Both the position numbers and the translations under genes were made by a program. Positions 19,858-32,000 of a stretch of DNA of 64,000 bases are shown here, one piece after another. The notes beneath the pieces were generated by a model that saw only the letters and a list, made by a program, of their open reading frames with translations, searched no databases and was not told the origin of the DNA. Numbering within the stretch: the stretch's first letter is position 1; each line of letters starts with the position of its first letter. This DNA is from Draconibacterium sp. (GTDB taxonomy: Bacteria; Bacteroidota; Bacteroidia; Bacteroidales; Prolixibacteraceae), in assembly GCA_035391305.1 (NCBI GenBank), contig DAOPKR010000001.1:37290-101289 (forward strand), written 5' to 3'.

Positions 19858-20990
19858 TTTTGCTTTTGCCTGCTATTATTGAAATACCAGCGATAGAACA
19901 ATTTGAAATATGGAACTACCAAATCGTACACTAACGAAGGTATGAATATTTTGCTTTCATTCAAACGATTAAGTGCGATTTTTATGATAAACAAACGTGC
20001 TGTAAACATTAAAAAAAGTAACCCGGCAAGTATTGGCCAAATGTCAAATAACAGAACAATAGTTAAAATTGTTAATGGTAAAAACGCCAGTTTTGTGAAT
20101 TCATCGAATGCTAAAACAGCCCTCTTTGAAGCAGTTAAATGTTTTTCAATGCGTAAACTTTTTTTCAGAATATCGAGATAATCATTCCAAATTAAATCTT
20201 CAGTTTTTTTAATTGCAGTGTCCGACTGATAAAGAATTGACGTCTTTTTTTTCCTGATAAAAGAATTAATCAGTAACTCAAGATTTGCATATGGTTCGCT
20301 TATTTTGTGGGCGTGGCCTCCTATCTCGAAATAGTTTTTCTTTTGAAACGCTACATTTTCTTCGGAATATACAAAAGGTACATTATTTAAAATATAACCA
20401 ACACTTTTAGAAAACGACAAAAAGCTTTCTATCCGATACATTCGATTAACAAAACCACCTGAATTTTTGGCACTGCAATAACTCAGCACAACAGAATCCT
20501 TTTCGTTCAGTGCGTTTGATATACCCAAAATCCACTCAGGCGCAGCATTTTCATACGAAATCGGGACAGCCAGCACCCAATCATATTTTGCAGCTTTTAA
20601 CGCCAGATTTTGCGCCATTTTTGTAGAAAACCTTGTTTCCTGGTGCAGGGTCGAGACTTTTAAGCGATCGCTTCTACCCTTCAACATTCCCAACACCTGG
20701 AACGAATTGTCCTGCGAAAAATCATCAACAACAATTACCTCAAAATCGGTTTCGTTTATTGATAAAACCGGGGTAAGGTTATTCTTTAATCTTGTTTCTT
20801 CATTCCTGACTGTATAAATCAATGACAGAGGCGTTGCAGTTAATTGTTTTACCTTCTTTTGAAATAAAACACGGCCGGTAAACAGAAATAAAAATGCAAA
20901 ACGGATGAAGAAAAGCAGGACAAAACAGATGGCCAAAACTAATTTGCCCCCGTGTAAATCGGTTAGTGAATTATATAAAGTCTGAATCAT
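19839..20990 (-). CDS. GT2-fold membrane protein, apparently catalytically degenerate
   Basis: N-terminal TM, VRNEE and FEVIVVDDFSQD retained, C-terminal TMs. Expected DxD, GDD and QxxRW motifs not found. Probable ATG 20990. Overlaps the sigma start by 19 nt. Confidence 0.8.
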   Translation of the reverse strand: MIQTLYNSLTDLHGGKLVLAICFVLLFFIRFAFLFLFTGRVLFQKKVKQLTATPLSLIYTVRNEETRLKNNLTPVLSINETDFEVIVVDDFSQDNSFQVLGMLKGRSDRLKVSTLHQETRFSTKMAQNLALKAAKYDWVLAVPISYENAAPEWILGISNALNEKDSVVLSYCSAKNSGGFVNRMYRIESFLSFSKSVGYILNNVPFVYSEENVAFQKKNYFEIGGHAHKISEPYANLELLINSFIRKKKTSILYQSDTAIKKTEDLIWNDYLDILKKSLRIEKHLTASKRAVLAFDEFTKLAFLPLTILTIVLLFDIWPILAGLLFLMFTARLFIIKIALNRLNESKIFIPSLVYDLVVPYFKLFYRWYFNNSRQKQKWKVKV

Positions 20991-21147
20991 TCGGAAAATT
21001 AAAATTGAACTCATTTTAAAACTGCCCAAAATTGGAAACATTAAAGTCAATTTCAACTGAAAATTTCTTTATTTTTTTAACGCTTCAATTAGATTTTATT
21101 AACAGCCCTGTATAGTTTGCAATCCTGTACTTTTCAAGTTTAATAGC

Positions 21148-21155
21148 TATATTTG
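21148..21155 (+). promoter_or_regulatory. Bacteroidota -7 promoter element upstream of tgt
   Basis: TATATTTG matches TAnnTTTG, 23 nt before the ATG. Confidence 0.5.
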
Positions 21156-21178
21156 CCAACTTTAAAAGAAAACAGTTA

Positions 21179-22306
21179 ATGAAATTTGAGCTGGTTACAG
21201 TTTCACACAACTCACGTGCAAGAGCGGGAAAATTATTTACCGAACACGGGACTATTGAAACGCCAATTTTTATGCCTGTCGGTACGGCGGGAACAGTAAA
21301 AGGTGTTCACACCCGTGATTTAAGAGATGATATACAAGCCCAGATAATTTTGGGAAATACCTACCATTTGTATCTCCGCCCCGGTATGGATGTGATAGAA
21401 AAGGCAGGAGGACTTCACAAATTTAATGGTTGGGACAAACCCTTGTTGACCGACAGTGGCGGATTCCAGGTTTTTTCGCTGGGCGATATCAGAAAACTCA
21501 GTGAGCAGGGCGCCAAATTTCAATCTCATATCGATGGTTCATACCATCAGTTTACTCCCGAAAGTGTAATCGACATACAACGTACAATTGGCGCAGATAT
21601 AATGATGGCTTTTGATGAGTGTACTCCGGGAGATGCCGATTATATTTATGCGAAAAAATCGATGGAACTTACTCATCGCTGGCTTGACCGCTGCTTTGTT
21701 CAATTCAACAATACACTTCCAAAATATGGGTATGCACAGAGTTTATTCCCAATTGTTCAGGGCAGTACATATGCCGATTTGCGCAAATTAGCGGTTGCGC
21801 ATGTAAAAAATACAGATGCTGATGGGTATGCAATCGGCGGTCTTTCGGTTGGAGAAGAAAAAGAAGTAATGTATGAAATGACCGAAGTTGTAACTGCCGA
21901 TTTACCTGAAAACAAACCCCGTTACCTGATGGGAGTTGGCACGCCGGAAAATATTCTTGAATCGATAGACCGCGGTGTTGATATGTTTGATTGCGTGATG
22001 CCTTCGCGAAACGGGCGAAATGGAATGCTATTTACAAGTAACGGGAAAATCAACATCAGAAATAAAAAATGGGAAAACGACCATTCACCAATTGATGAAA
22101 TGGGAATTTCTTTTGTTGACAACTATTCAAAAGCATACCTTCGGCATTTGGTAATTTCGAACGAAATGCTTGGAGCACAGATTGCCACCCAACATAACCT
22201 CGCTTTTTATTTGTGGCTTGTTAAAACTGCACGCACAAAAATTATTGAAGGCAACTTTATTTCGTGGAAAAACGAAATGCTGATAAAATTAAAACAACGA
22301 TTGTAA
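21179..22306 (+). CDS. tgt: tRNA-guanine transglycosylase
   Basis: TPIFMPVGT, LGNTYHL, TDSGGFQV, AIGGLSVGE, YLMGVG and DMFDCVMP. Confidence 0.97.
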   Translation: MKFELVTVSHNSRARAGKLFTEHGTIETPIFMPVGTAGTVKGVHTRDLRDDIQAQIILGNTYHLYLRPGMDVIEKAGGLHKFNGWDKPLLTDSGGFQVFSLGDIRKLSEQGAKFQSHIDGSYHQFTPESVIDIQRTIGADIMMAFDECTPGDADYIYAKKSMELTHRWLDRCFVQFNNTLPKYGYAQSLFPIVQGSTYADLRKLAVAHVKNTDADGYAIGGLSVGEEKEVMYEMTEVVTADLPENKPRYLMGVGTPENILESIDRGVDMFDCVMPSRNGRNGMLFTSNGKINIRNKKWENDHSPIDEMGISFVDNYSKAYLRHLVISNEMLGAQIATQHNLAFYLWLVKTARTKIIEGNFISWKNEMLIKLKQRL

Positions 22307-22314
22307 TTGCACTC

Positions 22315-23394
22315 ATGAAGTTTTATAAAACCATAGATTTTTATATTACAAAAAAATTTCTTGGTACTTTTTTTTATGCCATTGCACTAATATTAAGTAT
22401 TGCCGTGGTTTTCGATGTTTCAGAAAACTTAGATGAATTTCTGTCGAAAGACGTTCCGCTGAAGGAAATTATTGTTGATTACTACATGAATTTCATCCCC
22501 TATTTTGCCAATCTTTTTAGTCCGCTTTTTACATTTATTGCAGTCATTTATTTCACCTCTAAAATGGCTTACAATACCGAAATAATTGCTATTCTGAGCA
22601 GTGGTGTTTCATATACAAGGCTAATGCGGCCTTATATGGTTTCAGCATTTATATTGGCAATATTTAGTTTTTCTTTGGGAAATTATATAATACCGCCAGC
22701 CACAAAAACAATGAACGAGTTCAGAATGAAAAATATTGATAACACCAGGATGGGTGTAGAACGAGATATACACAGGCAAATTGAACCGGGCGTTTATATT
22801 TATATGCGAAGTTACACACCCAATGATGTGGGAAATGTTTTTACCCTGGAACGTTTTGAAGGGGCGAAGTTGACAGAAAAACTCACTGCCGATAATATTA
22901 GGTGGGACAAGGAAACTGGAAAGTGGGTTATCAATAATTACTGGAAAAGAACAATTCTTGATGGATACGAATTGCTTGAAAACGGCTACCGAATTGATAC
23001 AACGTTAAATATGAAACCTGAGGAATTCAGGGTTAAGAAAAACGAAATGGAAACTTATATAACACCTGAACTTAAAAAAGAAATTAAATTAATGAAAACA
23101 AGGGGAGTGAATGCGATTGAATGGGAAATTGAAAAACACAAAAGAATGGCCACTCCATTTTCGACCTTTATTTTAACATTGATTGGTGTTGGGTTAGCTT
23201 CACGAAAAATAAAAGGTGGACTTGGATTTCACCTGGGGCTTGGTCTCGCCCTGAGCTTTTCTTATATACTTTTTATGCAAATTTCTACAGTATTTGCCAT
23301 TAGTGGTTCAGTACCGGTTTTTGTTTCCATGTGGATTCCCAATATTTTATACAGTCTGATTGCGTTTTTTGTATTCAGGTGGGCTGCAAAATAA
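22315..23394 (+). CDS. LptF/LptG family LPS export permease
   Basis: 3 TM + periplasmic domain + 3 TM, with TEIIAILSSGVS..RLMRP and WIPNI. ATG at 22315, just after the tgt stop. Confidence 0.9.
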   Translation: MKFYKTIDFYITKKFLGTFFYAIALILSIAVVFDVSENLDEFLSKDVPLKEIIVDYYMNFIPYFANLFSPLFTFIAVIYFTSKMAYNTEIIAILSSGVSYTRLMRPYMVSAFILAIFSFSLGNYIIPPATKTMNEFRMKNIDNTRMGVERDIHRQIEPGVYIYMRSYTPNDVGNVFTLERFEGAKLTEKLTADNIRWDKETGKWVINNYWKRTILDGYELLENGYRIDTTLNMKPEEFRVKKNEMETYITPELKKEIKLMKTRGVNAIEWEIEKHKRMATPFSTFILTLIGVGLASRKIKGGLGFHLGLGLALSFSYILFMQISTVFAISGSVPVFVSMWIPNILYSLIAFFVFRWAAK

Positions 23395-23433
23395 TACTCC
23401 GTGATTTTCAGTTTGAACTGAATTTATATTGGC

Positions 23434-24261
23434 TTACGTAACTTTTTTCTTCAGATATTCATTTAGCTTTTCGTGAATACTGCGTGAATAATATTGGACA
23501 AACCTTTTATTTTCCACTCCAAGAACCATTTGGATACCTTGTTCTTCACCGGCTAAAAAGATTTCATCCATCCGAAATACTTCTGATTTTTCAATACAAT
23601 CGCTTTCTTCAACTTTTAAATTCAATTTTTTCGCAGTTTCTAAAACAATGCTCCTTAAAGTATCAATATAACATCCGGTTTCAACTGAGGGTGTGTAAAG
23701 TACACTACCTTTTATGACAAAAATATTGGATGAAATACAATTACAAACAGCTTCTTTTTCATTTAAAAAAATTGAATTGTTGAATACAGTTTCCTGGTTT
23801 TTAGCTTTTGCAAATTTCCAAAATGGTGCATTAAAAAAAGTAAACTGGTTTAACGGATTTAAGCTATATTTTTCAAATTCCGAAAAGTTTATCAACAAAC
23901 CCTGCTTCGACAGAGGGAAATCAAATTCAGGGAAGGCAAAGCTTGAAACTATTAAATTTGATTTGACTTGTCCAATAAAAACCTGTATTGTAATAATGCC
24001 CGATCGAAAAAACCTGTTTTTATTCAACATCCGTTTTGTAATTCTGAATAGTTCGGGTTCATCATTCAACAAATCCGGAATTTCAGAATTCAATTTTATT
24101 AAAGCGGCTTTTATATTCTGTATATTTTCATGAAATAAGGGAATTCCTCCGAATCCAAACCATATTTTTTGGGTAATAATAAATGGTTCATCCCAAAAGA
24201 ATGATTTAAAACCAGTCTCTTGTTTTTTTACTATTTCTCCGTTTATGATAATGAAATCCAT
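23434..24261 (-). CDS. Aminotransferase class IV (ADC-lyase/BCAT) fold protein, degenerate active site
   Basis: IIINGE, SSNIFVIKG..LYTP...GC..DTLR and DEIFL match the fold. No YGDGxFET motif, and no Lys at the expected PLP position. Confidence 0.72.
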   Translation of the reverse strand: MDFIIINGEIVKKQETGFKSFFWDEPFIITQKIWFGFGGIPLFHENIQNIKAALIKLNSEIPDLLNDEPELFRITKRMLNKNRFFRSGIITIQVFIGQVKSNLIVSSFAFPEFDFPLSKQGLLINFSEFEKYSLNPLNQFTFFNAPFWKFAKAKNQETVFNNSIFLNEKEAVCNCISSNIFVIKGSVLYTPSVETGCYIDTLRSIVLETAKKLNLKVEESDCIEKSEVFRMDEIFLAGEEQGIQMVLGVENKRFVQYYSRSIHEKLNEYLKKKVT

Positions 24262-24357
24262 TTCATTTCAAAGTTATTAAATTTCACATTGGTAAATTTT
24301 ATGTCAAAAGTTCAATATGACGATTTGCAATTGAATTTTCATGCAAAGTTAATTTGC

Positions 24358-24390
24358 AAAAAAAGAGGAACCAAAAATTGATTCCTCTTT
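24358..24390 (-). terminator. Intrinsic terminator of the rpoBC-DUF3467 transcript
   Basis: Stem AAAGAGGAA.CAA / TTGATTCCTCTTT followed by a T-run on minus. Confidence 0.75.
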
Positions 24391-24410
24391 AAAATATTTT
24401 AAAACCGCAA

Positions 24411-24746
24411 TTAAGCCTGAGCCGTAGGTCCGCCAAAACTTAACGGAGGCATCATCGGATCATTGCCTGATTTCACATTTTTAATCGGCCCATTTACAGT
24501 TTCATATTTTTTAATATTGTCCTGCAAAGCCAATAACAATCGTTTGGCATGTTCCGGAGTTAGAATAATGCGCGATTTTACATTCGCTTTCGGGATTCCC
24601 GGCATTATCCGAACAAAATCAACTACAAACTCTGAACTTGAATGTGTTATTACAGCAAGGTTTGAATAAATACCTTGTGCGATTTCTTCACTTAGTTCAA
24701 TATTCAACTGCTGAGGTTTTTGATTCATATCATCCATGTTCATCAA
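24411..24746 (-). CDS. DUF3467 protein
   Basis: IELSEEIAQGIYSNLAVITHSSSEFVVDF...SRIILTPEHAKRLL; usual position after rpoC in Bacteroidota. Confidence 0.92.
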   Translation of the reverse strand: MMNMDDMNQKPQQLNIELSEEIAQGIYSNLAVITHSSSEFVVDFVRIMPGIPKANVKSRIILTPEHAKRLLLALQDNIKKYETVNGPIKNVKSGNDPMMPPLSFGGPTAQA

Positions 24747-24758
24747 CTTATGCGTAAA

Positions 24759-27700
24759 TTAATCTTTTATATCAACTAACTGATCGTATTCTGACCGTGA
24801 ACCAACTACAAGGTTTTTGTATTCCTTCAAACCAGTTCCTGCCGGAATAAGATGTCCGCAAATTACATTCTCCTTCAAACCGTCAAGGTAATCTGTTTTA
24901 CCATTTATTGCTGCTTCATTCAGTACTTTTGTAGTTTCCTGGAACGAAGCCGCTGATAACCAGCTGCGTGTTTGCAGTGCAGCTCTTGTAATACCTTGTA
25001 ATACCTGACTTGAAGTAGCAGGAATCGCGTCACGCGAATCAATCAGTTTTTTATCTTTCCTTCTTAGCTGCGAGTTTTCGTCTCTCAGCTTTCGTGCAGA
25101 AATGATCTGACCTGCTTTAATTCCTTCCGCGTCACCCGGATCAATTACAACTTTTTTGTTGTAAATCCAGTCGTTTTCTGAGAAGAATTCGTTTTTATCT
25201 ACAATCTGTTTTTCCAGGAAACGTGTATCACCCGGATCCTCGATTTCAACTTTCCGCATCATTTGGCGAATAATGATCTCGTAATGTTTATCATTAATTT
25301 TCACACCCTGCATACGGTAAACGTCCTGAACTTCATTCAAAATATATTCCTGAACTGCAGTTGGACCTTTAATTGCGAGAATATCGGAAGGAGTGATTGC
25401 TCCGTCAGAAAGAGGAGTTCCTGCCCTGATATAATCGTTTTCCTGAACAAGTATCTGTTTTGAAAGTGGTACCATATACTTCTTAACGTCACCGGTTTTT
25501 GTAGTAACGATAATTTCGCGGTTACCTCTTTTTACTTTACCCATCGAAACTTCTCCATCAATTTCGGAAACTACTGCCGGGTTTGACGGATTTCGTGCTT
25601 CGAAAAGCTCAGTTACACGTGGCAAACCACCGGTGATATCGCCCGCTTTACCAGCAGCGCGAGGTATTTTCACCAGTACCATACCCGCTTTAACCTTTTG
25701 TTTATTTTCAACAGATATGTGACCTCCAACCGGCAGGTTATATGAACGGATGGTATTTCCATCTTTATCAATAACTTTTAAAGTTGGGTTTTTGGTTTTA
25801 TCTCTCGATTCGATAATTACCCTTTCACTGTAGCCAGTCTGCTCATCTGATTCTTCCCTGAAAGTAAGGCCATCAATTAAGTTCTCGAATTCAACAGTTC
25901 CATCAAATTCAGTAATAATAACACCGTTAAATGGATCCCATTCACAAATAAGTTTTCCTTTGCGAATTTCCTGTCCATTTTTCACATAGAGTTTTGAACC
26001 GTATGGAATTGGGTGTGTTGATAGTGTAATATTTGTATTTTTATCGACAATTTTTAACTCTGCCAAACGACTTACAACAACATCAATTTCCTCACTTTCT
26101 TCAGATTTGAACTTAACAGCGCGCAGTTCTTCTATTTCTACATAACCATCGTACCTCGATTCAACAGTTGATTGTGCAGAGATGTTGCCAGCGATACCCC
26201 CAACGTGGAAAGTACGTAGAGTAAGCTGCGTTCCCGGTTCACCAATTGACTGTGCAGCAATTACACCTGTAGCTTCGCCTTTTTGAACTTTCCTGCCGGT
26301 TGCAAGGTTTCGTCCGTAGCATTTTGCACAAATACCTACTTTTGATTCGCAGGTAAGTACCGAACGGATTTCAACACTTTCGATCGGAGAATTTTCAATA
26401 ATTGTAGCAATATCTTCAGTTAATTCTTCTCCTGTTGCAACAATCAATTCACCACTTAGCGGATGGAAAATATCGTGTACCGAAGTACGGCCTATAATAC
26501 GTTCAAATAATGATGCGACAACCTCTTCGTTGTTTTTAACAGTTGTTGCCACAAGGCCACGCAATGTTCCGCAATCATCTTCAGAAATAATAACATCCTG
26601 TGCTACATCAACCAAACGACGTGTAAGATAACCGGCATCAGCAGTCTTTAACGCTGTATCGGCCAAACCTTTACGAGCACCGTGGGTTGAGATGAAGTAT
26701 TCAAGAACCGACAAACCTTCCTTGAAGTTGGCAAGAATCGGGTTTTCAATAATCTGAGAACCTGTAGAACCTGATTTTTGTGGTTTTGCCATCAAACCCC
26801 TCATTCCGCTGAGCTGACGAATCTGCTCCTTAGAACCACGGGCGCCTGAATCGAGCATCATATAAATAGAGTTGAATCCCTGTTTATCGCTGCTCAATGT
26901 TTGCATTACAACGTTTGTAAGTTTTGAGTTTGCATGTGTCCAAATATCGATAACCTGGTTATACCTTTCATTATTGGTAATAAATCCCATGTTATAGTTG
27001 TTCATCACTTCTTCAACCTCAGCATAACCGTCAGCAACAATTTTTTCTTTGGCTTCCGGAATAATTACGTCATCAAGGTTGAATGACAAACCACCTCGAT
27101 ATGCCATATCATACCCAAGATCTTTAATGTCATCAAGGAATGCTACTGTTGTCGCATTTCCGCTGCGAATAAATACGTCAGTAATGATGGTACGTAAAGA
27201 CTTTTTGGTGAGTAGCTGGTTGATATATCCTGCCTGACGAGGAACTTTTTCGTTAAATAAAACCCGACCAACCGTAGTTTCAATGATGTGTTTAAAATAT
27301 TCACCATTTTCATCTACATCTTCAACTTTAACTTTAATAATGGCATGAAGGTCGATTACTTTTTCTGAGTAAGCAATAATTACTTCTTCAGAAGAATAGA
27401 AAATCATTCCCTCTCCTCTTGCTCCTTTTCTGGCTTTAGTCATGTAATACAGACCAAGAACCATGTCTTGCGACGGAACCTGGATTGGAGCGCCATTAGC
27501 CGGGTTTAATAAGTTGTGTGACGCAAGCATTAAAAGCTGTGCCTCCAGAATGGCTGCATTTCCAAGTGGAAGATGAACCGCCATCTGGTCACCGTCAAAG
27601 TCGGCGTTAAAACCTGTACAAACCAGCGGGTGAAGCTGAATTGCCTTACCTTCGATTAAAACAGGCTGGAAAGCCTGAATTGACAAACGGTGCAGCGTGG

Positions 27701-29015
27701 GCGCACGATTTAATAATACCGGATGCCCTTTTAAAACGTTTTCCAAAATTTCCCAAACAACGGGGTCTTTACGGTCAACTATTTTTTTCGCTGATTTTAC
27801 AGTTTTAACAATTCCACGCTCGATCAATTTCCTGATTACAAACGGTTTGTACAATTCGGCAGCCATATCTTTCGGAATACCACATTCGTGGATCTTCAGT
27901 TTTGGACCAACCACAATTACCGAACGCGCTGAATAGTCAACACGTTTACCAAGAAGATTTTGACGGAATCGACCTTGTTTCCCTTTCAAACTATCGGAAA
28001 GAGATTTTAATGCCCGGTTATTTTCAGTTTTTACCGCATTCGATTTTCTTGAATTGTCAAATAATGAATCAACGGCTTCCTGTAACATTCGTTTTTCGTT
28101 ACGAAGAATAACTTCAGGAGCTTTAATTTCAATTAACCTTTTCAACCGGTTGTTTCTGATAATGACTCTTCTGTAAAGGTCATTCAAATCGGAAGTTGCA
28201 AACCGGCCTCCATCCAATGGCACCAACGGGCGCAAATCTGGCGGAATAACCGGAACAACACGAACAATCATCCATTCCGGACGGTTTATATTTTTACTTG
28301 CTCTGAAAGCCTCAACAACCTGCAGCCTTTTTAATGCTTCATTTTTACGTTGCTGAGAAGTTTCAGTATTTGCTTTATGCCTCAAAGTAAAAGACAAGTC
28401 ATCCAGATCGATCCGGCTTAAAATTTGGAACAGTGCTTCTGCTCCCATTTTTGCAAGAAATTTATTTGGATCGTCATCATCTAAAAGATGATTTTCTTTT
28501 GGAAGTGTATCCAGAATATCAAGGTACTCTTCTTCAGTAAGAAAATCCAGATCTTTTACTCCATCAACTGCTTTAACACCGGCATTTATAACGACGTAAC
28601 GTTCGTAGTAAATAATTGTATCAAGCTTTTTGGTTGGTAACCCAAGCAAATAACCAATTTTATTTGGGAGTGATTTAAAATACCAAATATGAGCTACCGG
28701 AACAACCAGTGAAATATGCCCCATTCTTTCGCGACGCACTTTTTTCTCTGTAACCTCAACGCCACAACGGTCGCAAACAATTCCTTTGTACCTGATTCGT
28801 TTGTATTTACCGCAATGACACTCGTAGTCTTTTACGGGTCCGAAAATTCGTTCACAAAACAATCCGTCACGTTCTGGCTTGTACGTTCTGTAGTTTATTG
28901 TTTCAGGTTTCAAAACCTCGCCAAACGACCTTTCAAGAATTTCTTCAGGAGAAGAAAGACTGATTGATACTTTTGAGAAACTAATTTTCGCTTTATTATC
29001 TTTTCTGAATGCCAT
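24759..29015 (-). CDS. rpoC: RNA polymerase beta' subunit
   Basis: NADFDGD catalytic motif, zinc-finger Cys residues and [13 protein letters not shown]. Confidence 0.99.
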   Translation of the reverse strand: MAFRKDNKAKISFSKVSISLSSPEEILERSFGEVLKPETINYRTYKPERDGLFCERIFGPVKDYECHCGKYKRIRYKGIVCDRCGVEVTEKKVRRERMGHISLVVPVAHIWYFKSLPNKIGYLLGLPTKKLDTIIYYERYVVINAGVKAVDGVKDLDFLTEEEYLDILDTLPKENHLLDDDDPNKFLAKMGAEALFQILSRIDLDDLSFTLRHKANTETSQQRKNEALKRLQVVEAFRASKNINRPEWMIVRVVPVIPPDLRPLVPLDGGRFATSDLNDLYRRVIIRNNRLKRLIEIKAPEVILRNEKRMLQEAVDSLFDNSRKSNAVKTENNRALKSLSDSLKGKQGRFRQNLLGKRVDYSARSVIVVGPKLKIHECGIPKDMAAELYKPFVIRKLIERGIVKTVKSAKKIVDRKDPVVWEILENVLKGHPVLLNRAPTLHRLSIQAFQPVLIEGKAIQLHPLVCTGFNADFDGDQMAVHLPLGNAAILEAQLLMLASHNLLNPANGAPIQVPSQDMVLGLYYMTKARKGARGEGMIFYSSEEVIIAYSEKVIDLHAIIKVKVEDVDENGEYFKHIIETTVGRVLFNEKVPRQAGYINQLLTKKSLRTIITDVFIRSGNATTVAFLDDIKDLGYDMAYRGGLSFNLDDVIIPEAKEKIVADGYAEVEEVMNNYNMGFITNNERYNQVIDIWTHANSKLTNVVMQTLSSDKQGFNSIYMMLDSGARGSKEQIRQLSGMRGLMAKPQKSGSTGSQIIENPILANFKEGLSVLEYFISTHGARKGLADTALKTADAGYLTRRLVDVAQDVIISEDDCGTLRGLVATTVKNNEEVVASLFERIIGRTSVHDIFHPLSGELIVATGEELTEDIATIIENSPIESVEIRSVLTCESKVGICAKCYGRNLATGRKVQKGEATGVIAAQSIGEPGTQLTLRTFHVGGIAGNISAQSTVESRYDGYVEIEELRAVKFKSEESEEIDVVVSRLAELKIVDKNTNITLSTHPIPYGSKLYVKNGQEIRKGKLICEWDPFNGVIITEFDGTVEFENLIDGLTFREESDEQTGYSERVIIESRDKTKNPTLKVIDKDGNTIRSYNLPVGGHISVENKQKVKAGMVLVKIPRAAGKAGDITGGLPRVTELFEARNPSNPAVVSEIDGEVSMGKVKRGNREIIVTTKTGDVKKYMVPLSKQILVQENDYIRAGTPLSDGAITPSDILAIKGPTAVQEYILNEVQDVYRMQGVKINDKHYEIIIRQMMRKVEIEDPGDTRFLEKQIVDKNEFFSENDWIYNKKVVIDPGDAEGIKAGQIISARKLRDENSQLRRKDKKLIDSRDAIPATSSQVLQGITRAALQTRSWLSAASFQETTKVLNEAAINGKTDYLDGLKENVICGHLIPAGTGLKEYKNLVVGSRSEYDQLVDIKD

Positions 29016-29066
29016 AATACTAATTAAATATAATTAAAACAGAACCTATTTAATTTAGAATGAATT

Positions 29067-32000
29067 TTACTCCATTCTAACACTGAGGCCAAGTCCCCTA
29101 AGTTCGTGCAGCAACACATTAAGTGATTCAGGAATACCTGGTTGCGGCATTGGTTCACCTTTAACAATTGACTCGTATGCTTTTGCACGTCCCATTACAT
29201 CATCGGACTTAACCGTAAGAATTTCCTGCAAAATATGCGAAGCGCCAAATGCCTCAAGTGCCCAAACTTCCATTTCTCCGAAACGCTGACCACCAAATTG
29301 AGCTTTACCACCCAATGGTTGCTGGGTTATAAGTGAATATGGACCTATTGATCGTGCATGCATTTTATCTTCAACCATGTGGCCTAATTTCATCATGTAA
29401 ATTATTCCCACCGTGGCTGGCTGGTCGAAACGTACGCCGGTCTCACCATCAATTAGTCTCGTAACTCCAAAACGTGGTACCCCAGCTTTATCAGTGTATT
29501 CACAAATCTCATCGAGTGAAGCACCGTCAAAAATTGGCGTAGCAAACTTTAATCCCAGGTTTTTCCCTGCCCAACCAAGTACGGTTTCGTAAATTTGTCC
29601 CAGGTTCATACGTGAAGGTACGCCCAATGGGTTTAGTACAATATCAACGGGTGTTCCATCGTCCAGAAATGGCATATCTTCCTGACGAACCACCCTTGAA
29701 ACAATACCTTTATTACCATGCCGTCCTGCCATTTTATCACCAATTTGTAGTTTACGTTTTTTAGCCACGTAAACTTTTGCTAATTGAATTATTCCGGCAG
29801 GAAGTTCATCTCCGATTGTAATGTTATATCTTTCGCGACGTGATACGGCCTCTGCTTCTTTATATTTTAGAATATAATTATTAATTACTGCAAAGACCAT
29901 GTCATTTTTCTGTTTATCAGTAGTCCATTTTCCAGGATTGATATTTAAATAGTCAAGCTCCTGTAACTGTTTCAACGTGAATTTGACACCTTTGGGTATT
30001 ATTTCAGTACCATAATAATCTTTAACACCCTGTGAAGTCTTGCCCGTAACAAGAGTGAAAACTTTATCCTCAAGTTTGTTTCTCAACGAAGTTACTTCAC
30101 GATCAAATTTCTCATCAATCTGGTCGAGTAATTTCTTAGTTGCAGTACCTTTCTTGTCTTTGGCTACACGTGAAAATAACTTTTTATCAATAACAACTCC
30201 ATTTAATGAAGGTGATGCTTTTAGTGAAGCATCTTTTACATCACCAGCTTTGTCACCAAAAATAGCACGTAATAATTTCTCTTCAGGAGATGGGTCTGAT
30301 TCACCTTTAGGTGTAATCTTTCCAATCAGGATATCGCCAGGTTTAATATCAGCGCCAATCCTAATCAATCCATTTTCATCGAGATTTCGGGTTGCTTCTT
30401 CACTAACATTCGGGATATCTGATGTAAATTCCTCAACTCCTCTTTTTGTATCGCGCACTTCAAGGCTGTATTCATCAACATGAACAGAAGTAAAAACGTC
30501 TTCACGAACAATACGTTCCGAAATTACAATTGCATCTTCATAGTTATAACCTTGCCAGGGCATAAAAGCAACCATCAGGTTTCTTCCTAAGGCAAGTTCC
30601 CCTTTATCAGTGGCATAACCTTCAGTTAAAATCTGACCTTTTTGAATCCGTTCACCTTTTTGTACAATTGGTTTCAGATCAACTGTTGTTCCCTGGTTTG
30701 TTTTGGAATATTTTTGTAGTGTATAGGTCACTACTTCCGGATCGAAGCTAACAAATCTGTCTTCTTCTGATATATCATACCGAACAATAATTTGCTGAGC
30801 ATCAACATATTCAATAACGCCATCAAACTCGGCTTTAACCAGAATCTGTGAATCGGCAGCAGCTCTACCTTCCAAACCGGTACCAACAATTGGTGCTTCC
30901 GGGCGAAGTAGTGGCACTGCCTGCCGCATCATATTCGATCCCATCAAAGCACGGTTTGCATCATCATGTTCAAGAAAAGAAATTAAAGATGCAGCAACCG
31001 AAGCAATTTGGTTAGGACCAACGTCCATTAGCTGAACTTTTTCTCTTTCAATAACAGGATAATCGCCTTCCAGCCTGGCTTTAACTTTGGCATTTATGAA
31101 ATTACCCTTTTCATCAATTGGTGCATTTGCTTGTGCAATGATCTGACCTTCTTCCTCTTCTGCTGTTAAATAAACAACTCCATCCTCCGAAAGATCAACT
31201 CTGCCGTTTGCTGCTTTTCTGTATGGTGTAGAAATAAAACCAAGGTCATTAATCTTTGCAAATACACAAAGAGATGATATCAAACCAATATTTGGCCCTT
31301 CAGGTGTTTCAATCGGACAAAGCCTTCCATAATGAGTAAAGTGCACGTCACGAACTTCGAAACCAGCTCTTTCTCTTGACAAACCGCCAGGTCCCAGTGC
31401 TGACATTCGACGTTTATGTGTCATCTCCGCCAAAGGATTTGTTTGATCCATAAACTGAGACAGTGCATTCGTACCGAAAAATGAGTTAATTACAGAGGAT
31501 AGTGTTTTTGAATTGATCAGATCAATTGGAGTAAACACTTCATTATCACGCACGTTCATTCTTTCGCGAATTGTACGTGCCATACGTGCCAACCCCACAC
31601 CAAACTGGTTAAACATCTGTTCTCCAACTGTGCGAACTCTTCGGTTACTTAAATGGTCGATATCATCAACATCGGTTTTAGCATTAACCAATTGAATGAG
31701 ATGCTTTATAATCTCAATAATATCTTCTTTTGTAAGAACCCTATTTTCTGAATCAACTGTCAGCCCAAGTTTTTTATTTATCCTGTATCGACCTACTTCG
31801 CCCAGATCATATCTTTTATCTGAAAAGAAAAGTTTATCGATAACATCTCTTGCAGTAGCCTCATCTGGTGGTTCAGCATTTCGCAACTGCCTGTAAATAT
31901 GCAATACAGCTTCTTTTTCAGAGTTACATGGATCTTTTTGCAGTGTGTTATAGATAATTGCAAAATCCTGTTGGTTTTGATCTTCTTTATGTAAAAGAAT

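Noticed and set aside
30040-30483. Antisense and alternate-frame ORFs of 60-150 aa in the ORF track (for example inside rpoB, aguA, tuf and the Cache protein)
   Set aside because: They overlap well-supported genes on the opposite strand or frame and show no recognisable motifs; these are expected shadow ORFs.
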